Of a stretch of DNA of 64,000 nucleotides, positions 1-8,793 are shown piece after piece. This stretch comes from Bythopirellula sp. GTDB lineage: Bacteria > Planctomycetota > Planctomycetia > Pirellulales > Lacipirellulaceae. Every line of letters begins with the position of its first letter. The stretch's first letter is position 1. Under the pieces are notes generated by a model. That model made no database searches. It was given only the letters and a program-made list of their open reading frames with translations, and was not told where the DNA came from. The position numbers and the translations under genes were made by a program. The DNA lies in NCBI GenBank assembly GCA_965216565.1, contig OZ244170.1, positions 3,232,001-3,296,000 of the forward strand. The letters are read 5' to 3'.

Positions 1-18
1 GCCGCTGTAAGCGAACCG

Positions 19-537
19 GTGGAAGTCAAATTGGAAAGCCTGATCCTAGAACATCAGGCCGATGTCTGGCGGTATCTACGTTACCTAGGTGCGAGTGCTG
101 CCGACGCGGACGACCTCACGCAGGAGACCTTTCTAGCGGTCGGGCGATCAAAGTTCGAACAACGATCGCCGGCGCAGACGGCAGGCTACCTACGCACCGT
201 CGCCCGCAATCAACTACTGATGGCGAGACGTCGGCAAGGACGCGAGGTGAATACTGTCGAGATGGAAGCCGCCGAAACCGTGTGGGCCGAACGTATCGAA
301 CCCCACGGCACGAACGGCTACCTCGAGGCGCTCGGCGATTGTTTGGAAAACCTCGACGGACGCGCTCGGGATGTCGTCAATCAGTTTTATCGCGACCGTC
401 GTGGCCGAGCCGAAATCGCCAAGAGCTTAGACATGAAACCCGACGGCGTAAAAACGTTGCTCCGGCGTACCCGTGAAATTTTGCGTCAATGCATCGAACG
501 TCGTATCACACGAGAGAGCGTGACTGATTCGCCATGA
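19..537 (+). CDS. ECF-type sigma-70 family RNA polymerase sigma factor
   Basis: Region 2 motif 'ADADDLTQETFLA...YLRTVARN' and region 4 HTH 'RAEIAKSLDMKPDGVKTLLRRTR'; 172 aa; its stop overlaps the next start (ATGA). Confidence 0.92.
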   Translation: MEVKLESLILEHQADVWRYLRYLGASAADADDLTQETFLAVGRSKFEQRSPAQTAGYLRTVARNQLLMARRRQGREVNTVEMEAAETVWAERIEPHGTNGYLEALGDCLENLDGRARDVVNQFYRDRRGRAEIAKSLDMKPDGVKTLLRRTREILRQCIERRITRESVTDSP

Positions 538-3500
538 ACGAGCCAGAATCAAAGTCTGATTGGGAAGATCGTCTGGTCAACCTTGCTTTGGAAGAGTCCC
601 TGGGAGGGCAATCGCCCCCAGACCTTTCCGACGAGATTCTTGCCGCTTCGAGCCGTACATCGGTCGCTTCTCTCGAGCTAGGAGCACAGGCGATGAACGA
701 TCTTCAGCACGGAAAGATTTCCCGGCGTAAGCATTGGGTCATGTTTGCCGCAGCAGCCAGCCTGCTAGTGGCCGTGGGTATGCTCATGTTCATCCATAGT
801 CGTGCTCAAACACGACTTGCTCTAAGTCCTTCTGATACCAAGATCAAGGCGAATGCGGAATCGTCTGAGTCTTCCCTAAAGCGTTCCGATTCTGGCTCTC
901 TCGCCCAGAAGAACCTAGAGCGGTTGTCCCATAGGGAAAAGAGTCTCAAGGAATCGAACCGAGATCGCGAGGCGGCACTTCCTGCCGTCGAAGCGAAGAA
1001 TGAAGATGAATTGAAAGAGATGAACATTCCTCACATAGTGAGTGACGGCGAACAAGCCGAAGAGTTTGGCGCCTTGGGTAACACTGATGCGATAGTAGAC
1101 CAGCAAACTGTGCAGGAAGGTTCTCTTGAGTTATTCGGACGACCCTCCTCTTCAGGCAAAGAAGCTAGCCAGCCTACCCAGGCGGACGTTGATCAAGGGC
1201 AGGCGTCTAGACGGAGAGTTATTGCTTCAAAGGACGAGAACGGCAATCTTTCTATAGGGAGTGCTTCGACCGATGCAAAAAAACGCGATTACGATGAATC
1301 TCCCATTGTGCGCTATCTCGAAGTGCCGCCTCAATCCGCGGAAAGCTCCGGTGGTGAACGATTTCGCATCGATCGAGGGGGTACTGGTGGTCGAACTAGC
1401 GGGCAACTTCGCGGCGGTGCGGTTGCATCGGAACGTGGCCGAACTTGGAATCTCCATCAAAACTTTTATTACAAAGGCAGGTCGGCCGCTCCCCTGCCTA
1501 AAGAGTCCTCAAGTGAAAGCGACGAGAACGAAGTTCTTGCCGATCTGAAGTCTGAATTGGAAGCAAAGCATGACCAATATCTAGAATACTCCAAGGAGCT
1601 CGACTCAGCGGATGAAGCTTCTGAAAGTGCTGTGCTTTCTGCTTTGGCCAAACCCTATCGAGACCTTCAACAAAAAATCCTCTCCAAAAAACAAGAGCTT
1701 GTGGAACTTGAAGTGTCACAATCTGCTGCAGCGCAGGCAGCATCTAGTCCGACGGCTATAGAGGCTGCTGTGAAAAACCAAATCGAGGGTGATCCACAAT
1801 TTCAAAGTTTGCAAGCAGAACGGCTTGCCTATAGCCAGCAGCTAAAAACATTGGAAGTCAAACTTAAAAACAAAAGCAATTCACCCGAAGCAAAACGCCT
1901 TCAAGAACAGATTGCTGGTTTGGATCAACAAACTCAGGAATTTCGTGTCGCAAAAGAGTCGGAATTACGTAACCGCTTCAAGGGATCTCCAAACGACATG
2001 CTTCAATCCACCATGATGGAATACATGTTGCGGAAGCAGTCAATCAATAATGAAATTGTCGAGCTTGGGAAACAATACAAGAGCAAACTAACTGAGTTAG
2101 ACAAATCTGGTCAGACTTCTGCAAAGTTAGCCATCATCAACTCGGAAATCGAGCAACTAGCGGAATTAACTAGGAAATTGGAAAAGGAAACTTCTTCTAG
2201 GAGCGATTCTTCCATGCCTTCTGAATCCGCTAGCGGCAGAATCAACGCGCACCTCGGTCGAAAAATTGTTGAATATCAACAACTCGCTCGGATGAATCGC
2301 CGCTTTGGTTATCAAGATTCTGAGGAAAATCGCGAACGCATTGCCATTCTCTCAGAAGAGATCGATGATCTCCGCCGCACAAAGCGTCGCTATGAAGCAC
2401 AGCAAGGCAGTGGGCCTGGCACTTCCGGCGATCAGTATGCCCGCATCTATGAGAATCCCTTTGTGCAGACCAAGACTTCCGAAGAAAACTTCAGCACGTT
2501 TTCTATCGACGTCGACACGGCCTCGTATGCCAATGTTCGGCGGTTTCTCATGCAGTCGGGTCAGTTGCCACCGCCCGACGCGGTGCGAATAGAAGAGTTG
2601 GTGAACTATTTCGATTACGATTACAGCGGTCCCACTGGCGATGTGCCGTTTGCTTCGCACGTGGAAGTTGCTGGTTGCCCCTGGAATGCCGAACATCGGT
2701 TGGTGCGTATTGGTATTAAGGGCAAGGAAATCGAACGCGGTAAGCGTCCGCAGTCGAATCTAGTATTCTTGATCGATGTTTCTGGTTCGATGAACGAGCC
2801 AACCAAACTGCCGCTCCTCGTAGAGGGCATGAAGCTAATCACTCGTGAGTTGGGCGAGAACGACAAAGTAGCGATCGTAGTCTACGCTTCCAGCGAGGGC
2901 TTAGCCCTCGAGAGTACTCGCGGCGACAAGCAGCAGCAAATCCTTTCCGCACTCAACAAATTGCGGGCCGGTGGCTCTACGGCGGGCGGAGCGGGTATCG
3001 AGCTGGCTTACAAGACGGCCGTTGAGAACCACATTGAAGGTGGCGTGAACCGCGTGATTCTCTGCACCGATGGCGACTTCAACGTCGGCGTTACCAGCAC
3101 CAGTGACCTCGAACGCATGGCCGAGGATAACGCTAAGGATACCGGCGTGTTCCTCACTGTGCTCGGCTTTGGTCGCGGCAACCTCAACGATTCGATGATG
3201 GAGCGGATCAGCGGCAAGGGCAACGGCAACTACCACTATGTCGATAATTTGACCGAGGCCCGCAAGGTGCTGGTCGAGGAGATGGCCGGCACGCTGGTGA
3301 CCATCGCCAAGGACGTGAAGATCCAAATCGATTTCAATCCCTATCAGGTTGCCGGCTATCGGCTGCTTGGTTATGAAAATCGTATGCTGCGAACGGAAGA
3401 TTTCAACGACGACAAGAAAGATGCCGGCGAAATTGGTGCCGGACATACGGTCACAGCCCTTTACGAAATTGTGCCAGCCGGCAAGTCGGTGGACGTGCCA

Positions 3501-3857
3501 CCGGTCGATGCTTCGAAGTATGTGAAGGCCACCGATAAGCCTTCCGAGGCAGAAGTTTCAGAAGAACTTCTAACTCTTCGTATTCGCTACAAACAGCCGG
3601 ATGCCGATGTCAGCACCAAACAAGAGTTTCCTGTTACCGACCAAGGCAATTCGTTCACCGAGGCGACGCCCGATTACCAGTTTGCCTCGGCAGTGGCCAG
3701 CTTTGGCATGCTGTTGCGAGATTCTGAGCATAAAGGCAACACGTCTTTCGCCGCAGTGAAAGAAATCGCCCAGGAAGCGAGCGAGCGTGACCAGCACGGT
3801 TACCGGGCCGAGTTTTTGCAGATGGTCGACCGGGCGAAGCAGCTTTCCGGGGAGTAG
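534..3857 (+). CDS. Membrane-anchored vWA-domain protein (YfbK/DUF3520-like C-terminus), putative anti-sigma partner, with a long coiled-coil insert
   Basis: N-terminal TM helix (WVMFAAAASLLVAVGMLMF); 'STFSIDVDTASY', 'VRIEELVNYF', MIDAS 'LIDVSGSM', 'TDGDFNVG', 'YRLLGYENR...DAGEIGAGHTVTALYE'; translationally coupled to the ECF sigma. Confidence 0.85.
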   Translation: MNEPESKSDWEDRLVNLALEESLGGQSPPDLSDEILAASSRTSVASLELGAQAMNDLQHGKISRRKHWVMFAAAASLLVAVGMLMFIHSRAQTRLALSPSDTKIKANAESSESSLKRSDSGSLAQKNLERLSHREKSLKESNRDREAALPAVEAKNEDELKEMNIPHIVSDGEQAEEFGALGNTDAIVDQQTVQEGSLELFGRPSSSGKEASQPTQADVDQGQASRRRVIASKDENGNLSIGSASTDAKKRDYDESPIVRYLEVPPQSAESSGGERFRIDRGGTGGRTSGQLRGGAVASERGRTWNLHQNFYYKGRSAAPLPKESSSESDENEVLADLKSELEAKHDQYLEYSKELDSADEASESAVLSALAKPYRDLQQKILSKKQELVELEVSQSAAAQAASSPTAIEAAVKNQIEGDPQFQSLQAERLAYSQQLKTLEVKLKNKSNSPEAKRLQEQIAGLDQQTQEFRVAKESELRNRFKGSPNDMLQSTMMEYMLRKQSINNEIVELGKQYKSKLTELDKSGQTSAKLAIINSEIEQLAELTRKLEKETSSRSDSSMPSESASGRINAHLGRKIVEYQQLARMNRRFGYQDSEENRERIAILSEEIDDLRRTKRRYEAQQGSGPGTSGDQYARIYENPFVQTKTSEENFSTFSIDVDTASYANVRRFLMQSGQLPPPDAVRIEELVNYFDYDYSGPTGDVPFASHVEVAGCPWNAEHRLVRIGIKGKEIERGKRPQSNLVFLIDVSGSMNEPTKLPLLVEGMKLITRELGENDKVAIVVYASSEGLALESTRGDKQQQILSALNKLRAGGSTAGGAGIELAYKTAVENHIEGGVNRVILCTDGDFNVGVTSTSDLERMAEDNAKDTGVFLTVLGFGRGNLNDSMMERISGKGNGNYHYVDNLTEARKVLVEEMAGTLVTIAKDVKIQIDFNPYQVAGYRLLGYENRMLRTEDFNDDKKDAGEIGAGHTVTALYEIVPAGKSVDVPPVDASKYVKATDKPSEAEVSEELLTLRIRYKQPDADVSTKQEFPVTDQGNSFTEATPDYQFASAVASFGMLLRDSEHKGNTSFAAVKEIAQEASERDQHGYRAEFLQMVDRAKQLSGE

Positions 3858-3863
3858 TTTTTC

Positions 3864-4263
3864 AACGCAGAGTTCGCTGAGGGAATGAGGGCCACGGAGA
3901 AGAATCTCAACTATTATTGGAGATTCTCACGTAGCAAGTGGCTAAGGTCGGCAGAATCCCCAACAGAAAAAAATTATGTACGTGACGGCTCTACCAGCGT
4001 ATTTGGGCGACTTATGGATCACGGTATGAATTAAGTGGGCAAGAAAGCATACAACTCCCAACAACGAAACGAAGAAAAAATAGGAGTGTAGCAGGTAGTG
4101 AAAGAAAGCAAGCGCTACCATGCCTATCAGTAGTCCAAGCGATTCTCTTTCACCCATAAGATTCAGCAGCGTTAAAGAATTGTTCAATGCGTTATCTTAT
4201 TATCTGCAGAACAAGGCTTATTTTTAACTCTGCGGCCCTCGTGCCCCCCGCGAACTCTGCGTT
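3864..4263. repeat. 36-bp imperfect inverted repeats (3864-3899 and 4228-4263) flanking an AT-rich insert
   Basis: Left arm aacgcagagttcgctgagggaatgagggccacggag; right arm ctctgcggccctcgtgccccccgcgaactctgcgtt. 30/36 positions match as reverse complement, and the outer 14 bp match perfectly. Confidence 0.85.
3942..4187 (-). CDS. Small hydrophobic hypothetical membrane protein (cargo between the inverted repeats)
   Basis: 81-aa ORF with 2-3 hydrophobic segments in AT-rich DNA; start codon uncertain. Confidence 0.4.
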   Translation of the reverse strand: MNNSLTLLNLMGERESLGLLIGMVALAFFHYLLHSYFFFVSLLGVVCFLAHLIHTVIHKSPKYAGRAVTYIIFFCWGFCRP

Positions 4264-4274
4264 TCATCCCACAT

Positions 4275-6356
4275 CTACCCCACGTCGCTAATGTCCAACG
4301 CCTTGCCATAGCGAGTAAACATCTGTCGACGGAGTCGCGCATGGTCGGCATGTTTCAGACCTGGATCGGCGGCGATCAATAGCTGCGCTTCGCGACGAGC
4401 TTCTTCCAGTAATTCACGATCGCGATTCAAGTCGGCAATACGTAGCGGCGGGAGACCATGCTGCTGGGTACCAAACAAGTCGCCCGGCCCGCGGAGTTGG
4501 AAGTCGAGTTCTGCGAGTTCGAATCCATCCGTAGAAGAGGCAAAAGCCTCCAAACGTTCGTTTCCTTGGGCGCTTTCCTCATTCAAAAGTACGCCACAAA
4601 AACCTGGATGCTTGCCGCGACCCACCCGGCCGCGAAATTGGTGCAACTGGGCGAGCCCAAATCGCTCTGCACCGGCAACCGTAATGACAGTCGCATTGGG
4701 GACATCAACGCCGACTTCAATTACGGATGTGCTCACCAACACTTGCGTATCTCCTTCGCGGAACAGTTCCATCGCATCTTGCTTTTCAGCTGCCGACATC
4801 CGTCCATGCACTAGCCCGACACGAAACGCTTCGAGCTGGCCATTGGTAAGTTGCTCGAATGCTTCCGCTACACTTGGCGCAGAGATTGTTTCCGATTCAT
4901 CCACTAGAGGGGCAACCACAAAAGCTTGTCGACCCTCGCGGAGTCGGTCGCGTACAAATCCCCACCAACGTTCTTGTTTGTCGGGTTCCACCAGATAGGT
5001 GCTCACTGGCTGCCTGCCTTCGGGCAACTCGCTCAGAGTGGAGACGTCCAAATCGCCAAATAAAGTCATCGTCACTGTGCGCGGAATCGGCGTGGCAGTC
5101 ATTACCAGGTAATGAGGTGAATGATCCGTTTGCCGTAGAGCAGCACGCTGCTTTACGCCAAACTTGTGCTGTTCGTCAATCACCACCAAACCTAAGTCTT
5201 TGAAACGAACGTCTTCTTGAATGATCGCATGCGTTCCTATCACCAAATCGAGATCACCAGTCTCGATGCGTTCCAATAGTGCTTGCCGCTCGCTCTTACT
5301 GGTACCGCCGGCTAGCACGGCAAAGTTTACGCGACTCGCCGTGAGCCAATCGGCCAGAGTCTCAGCATGTTGCCGGGCTAGAATTTCTGTAGGTGCCATA
5401 AGCGCCGCCTGCTTGCCGTGCGCCACTGCCACCAGCATGGCATAAAGGGCTACGACAGTCTTGCCACTACCCACATCGCCCTGCAACAACCGATTCATGG
5501 GTCGATCGAGGGCCATATCAGCCGTCGCCTCGGCAAGAGCGGCTTCCTGGGCTGCGGTCAGATCAAAAGGTAGCAACCGACGGATGCGCGCATCGATTTT
5601 TGTCGTTGTCGGAAGCTCCGGTGCTCGCACCGACTGTTGTTGATCGCGACGCACTGACAATGCGAGTTGCAGGACAAACAGTTCTTGGAAAATAAAACGC
5701 CTGCGGGCCTCGGCTAGGGCTGCTTGGTTTTCAGGTCGGTGAATCGTGCGAATCGCTGCGGCCAACGGCAGCAGATGATATTGATCGAGTAGCTTAGGCG
5801 GAAACACTTCCTCTGGGACGTCTGCAAATTCATCGACAGTCCCACCTACCATGCGACGCATGTGGTATTGCGTAACCCCTTCGGTCAGCGAATACACCGG
5901 CAACATGCCCGTGACGCCATCGCCGGAATCCTCCTGATCCAGATACGTTACCTGAGGGTGCGACATTTCCCACATCATCCCCCGCATTTTGGGTTTGGCT
6001 GTAAATAGCACCGTCTGGCCTTCGTCGAACTTGCCACGCATGAACGGTTGATTGAACCAGGTAGCGCGGAGGTGGCCTGTGCAGTCGTGGATCAGGACTG
6101 CCACTCGACTTTTGCCAAACCCTCGGGAAGTGGACTCAATTTCCGTTACGATGCCACGCACGGTTTGCAACTCACCCTCGTCAAGCTCGGCAATCGAGCA
6201 CTCGTTGGTCAAATCGAGATAGTCGCGCGGAAAGTGAAACAACAGATCGGCAGCAGAGCGAATTCCCATCTTCGTGAGAAGTTCTGCCTTCCCACGATCC
6301 ACGGCACGAATCTCGTCCACGGGAGTATTCAGCAGAATTTTCGCGTCGGTGGCCAT
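4275..6356 (-). CDS. recG: ATP-dependent DNA helicase RecG
   Basis: 'RLLQGDVGSGKT', 'IDEQHKFGV', 'MTATPIPRT', 'QLHQFRGRVGRG', 'RGPGDLFGTQQHG'. Confidence 0.97.
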   Translation of the reverse strand: MATDAKILLNTPVDEIRAVDRGKAELLTKMGIRSAADLLFHFPRDYLDLTNECSIAELDEGELQTVRGIVTEIESTSRGFGKSRVAVLIHDCTGHLRATWFNQPFMRGKFDEGQTVLFTAKPKMRGMMWEMSHPQVTYLDQEDSGDGVTGMLPVYSLTEGVTQYHMRRMVGGTVDEFADVPEEVFPPKLLDQYHLLPLAAAIRTIHRPENQAALAEARRRFIFQELFVLQLALSVRRDQQQSVRAPELPTTTKIDARIRRLLPFDLTAAQEAALAEATADMALDRPMNRLLQGDVGSGKTVVALYAMLVAVAHGKQAALMAPTEILARQHAETLADWLTASRVNFAVLAGGTSKSERQALLERIETGDLDLVIGTHAIIQEDVRFKDLGLVVIDEQHKFGVKQRAALRQTDHSPHYLVMTATPIPRTVTMTLFGDLDVSTLSELPEGRQPVSTYLVEPDKQERWWGFVRDRLREGRQAFVVAPLVDESETISAPSVAEAFEQLTNGQLEAFRVGLVHGRMSAAEKQDAMELFREGDTQVLVSTSVIEVGVDVPNATVITVAGAERFGLAQLHQFRGRVGRGKHPGFCGVLLNEESAQGNERLEAFASSTDGFELAELDFQLRGPGDLFGTQQHGLPPLRIADLNRDRELLEEARREAQLLIAADPGLKHADHARLRRQMFTRYGKALDISDVG

Positions 6357-6398
6357 GGCCGTATTCTACTGGCAACACGCAAGCGAGAGAATCGGTCG

Positions 6399-6857
6399 CT
6401 ACAGAAACTGCTGATACGCAGCGACAGCTAGTTCGTCGACGCGATCGTTCTCCGCATGGCCGCTATGACCGGCGACTCGGGTATAGAGTACTTGGTGCGT
6501 AGCCAGCAATTCGTCAAGCCGGCGCCATAGATCTTCGTTCTTTACAGGCACCATGCGTTTGCCATCCTTGCGTTTCCAGCCGTTGGCCTTCCACTTACTC
6601 ATCCACTCGCTCATCCCTTTGCCGACATACACGCTATCGGTAAAGAGTTCCACATGCGACGATTTTTTGAGCGCCGCCAATCCTTCAATCACGGCAGTTA
6701 GTTCCATGCGGTTGTTTGTGGTATCGCGTTCGCCACCTGATTGCTCGACCTCTTTACCCGAGGCCGGGTGCCGCAACAAGAAAGCCCAACCACCAGGCCC
6801 AGGATTGCCGCTACAGCCACCATCGGTATACAAGTGCACTTCGGGAAGTTGTTCCAT
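6399..6857 (-). CDS. rnhA: Ribonuclease HI
   Basis: '[15 protein letters not shown]', 'TTNNRMEL', 'TDSVYV', '[15 protein letters not shown]'. Confidence 0.97.
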   Translation of the reverse strand: MEQLPEVHLYTDGGCSGNPGPGGWAFLLRHPASGKEVEQSGGERDTTNNRMELTAVIEGLAALKKSSHVELFTDSVYVGKGMSEWMSKWKANGWKRKDGKRMVPVKNEDLWRRLDELLATHQVLYTRVAGHSGHAENDRVDELAVAAYQQFL

Positions 6858-6882
6858 AAATCTCTCTATTCATCCGTGTTGA

Positions 6883-8646
6883 TTAATCATCGGTGTTGGC
6901 GGCAATCGAGGGCATTTCCGGTCGATGCTTGGCGAGTTGGTCAAGCTCATCGGCTAAAGGTGATTCAATTTTCGGTTGCTCGGTCAATGCCCAGGGCAGG
7001 AGCACTGTGAATTCACTACCTTTGCCTAATTCGCTTTCTAGCGTAATATCGCCACCCAACAGACGACACAATTCGCGAACTATCGAAAGCCCTAGGCCTG
7101 TGCCAGAATACTCTCGCGTCATGGCATTGCCGCCAGCCAGAACGGTAGTGCCCTGTCGAAATTTTTCGAACACCAGCACCTGCTCCGATTCGTTGATACC
7201 CACTCCGGTGTCAGCCACGCTAAGTCGCAAATCTCCCCGGCGATCGCGGTGCGCTTTCACACTAATGCGGCCACCTTCGGGGGTGAATTTAATCGCATTG
7301 GAAAGCAGATTATTAAGGATCTGTTCAATTTTTCCTTTATCCTGAGTCATGATCGGCAAACCGGGTGTTGACTCGCAAACCAGGTCGAGGTTCTTTTTCT
7401 CGCTTAGCGGCCGCGCCATATCGCATTGCGCTGAGACAACGCTACCAATGTGAAAATCGCTAAGCTTGAGGTCCATTTTGCCACTTTCGATTTTTGCTAA
7501 ATCGAGAATGTCGTTGATCATCTCCAGTAGCTGACGACCCGAACGTTGGATGTTACCGGCATAACGCTTTTGGGTATCCTCCATTTTGTCAGCCGAACTC
7601 AAGAGATCGCTAAATCCGATAATGCTATTGAGCGGTGTCCGTAGTTCATGGCTAACTGTGGCTAGGAAATCGCTTTTGAGCTGATTCATTTCGAATAGCC
7701 GCATATTGGCCTGGGCCATCTCGTCGATCTTTTCGTCTAGTTCTCCGTTCACTTCGCGGAGTTCGTCTTGCTGGCGGAGCAATTGCCGCAACATGCGATT
7801 GAACGCCGCACCCAAGTCTTCAAACTCGTCCCCAGTTTTGAGCGCAGCTCGCTGCTCGACATCGCCCCGTCGAACCAGATCGCTGACGTCCCGTAGGTGA
7901 CGGAGCGGCTTGACGATGATGTACCGTACGACCATATAGAGCACTAGCATCGCTAGAAAGACCGTTGCGATAGCCGCCACTAAGAGCCATGCGGTATTCT
8001 CCGCCTTAGCTTCTTGAATCTCCTGGGCGTCGAACTCCACACGCATCACCGCCATTAAATCACCCGGCTTAAGATTCGGCTTCGCCACAGGGGCTGGAAC
8101 CGAACTATGGCAGAAAATGCAAATTTCGGCAGCAAATACGGGTTCGTAGTATTGATAAACCAATCGCTCTTCGTCGTTGAGCGTATCGTCGTCTCTCATG
8201 CTTGGCTTTTTGATCTCACGCTGATCCCACTGCGGATCGATTTCTTCAATCAGCTCGCGGCTTTTCAACTCTTCTCCCATGGCGACCCAACGGTCCATCA
8301 ACTCCCACTCATAAATATCGGTCGGCTTTCCGATGTCCTGCTCATTCTTTGGATGAAGAGCTTCCCAGGTGTATTGCTTGCGGCGCAGGTTGGCGGCAAT
8401 GATTTCGTCGACCCGCTGAATGGCTGCCGACTCTTCCTGCTTCTTGAGATGCGCCTCAATCAATGCAGCATTGGCCAGTGCTTCACCAATAAATCGGTTG
8501 CGTTCGTAAACAATTTGATCAGTCTTCCAGCCATAGAACCAAAAACTGCCCATGATCAACGGCAGCAAACAAGCTCCGAACAACCAACGGCATTTACGCT
8601 CTAGGTTGGTTTCGCCGAGCGCTCGTTTGATGCCTCGATAGCTCAT
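6883..8646 (-). CDS. Membrane sensor histidine kinase (2 TM, periplasmic CxxCH domain, HAMP, HisKA, HATPase)
   Basis: H-box 'SHELRTPLNSI', N-box 'NLLSNAIKFT', G-boxes 'DTGVGI' and 'GTGLGLSI'; periplasmic 'CIFCH'. Confidence 0.92.
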   Translation of the reverse strand: MSYRGIKRALGETNLERKCRWLFGACLLPLIMGSFWFYGWKTDQIVYERNRFIGEALANAALIEAHLKKQEESAAIQRVDEIIAANLRRKQYTWEALHPKNEQDIGKPTDIYEWELMDRWVAMGEELKSRELIEEIDPQWDQREIKKPSMRDDDTLNDEERLVYQYYEPVFAAEICIFCHSSVPAPVAKPNLKPGDLMAVMRVEFDAQEIQEAKAENTAWLLVAAIATVFLAMLVLYMVVRYIIVKPLRHLRDVSDLVRRGDVEQRAALKTGDEFEDLGAAFNRMLRQLLRQQDELREVNGELDEKIDEMAQANMRLFEMNQLKSDFLATVSHELRTPLNSIIGFSDLLSSADKMEDTQKRYAGNIQRSGRQLLEMINDILDLAKIESGKMDLKLSDFHIGSVVSAQCDMARPLSEKKNLDLVCESTPGLPIMTQDKGKIEQILNNLLSNAIKFTPEGGRISVKAHRDRRGDLRLSVADTGVGINESEQVLVFEKFRQGTTVLAGGNAMTREYSGTGLGLSIVRELCRLLGGDITLESELGKGSEFTVLLPWALTEQPKIESPLADELDQLAKHRPEMPSIAANTDD

Positions 8647-8793
8647 TTCGGGAGGGGCGGGGGTGAGGATATAGGGGGCAGAGAGTCGAAGTACTACACC
8701 TATTCTAGGGCAGCGCCGTAAGAAGGTCCAAGACCACGAGAGAACCTAGCCTATGCGTCTCGGGCCTCTCGCTCTTCACCCTATACTCTCCGC

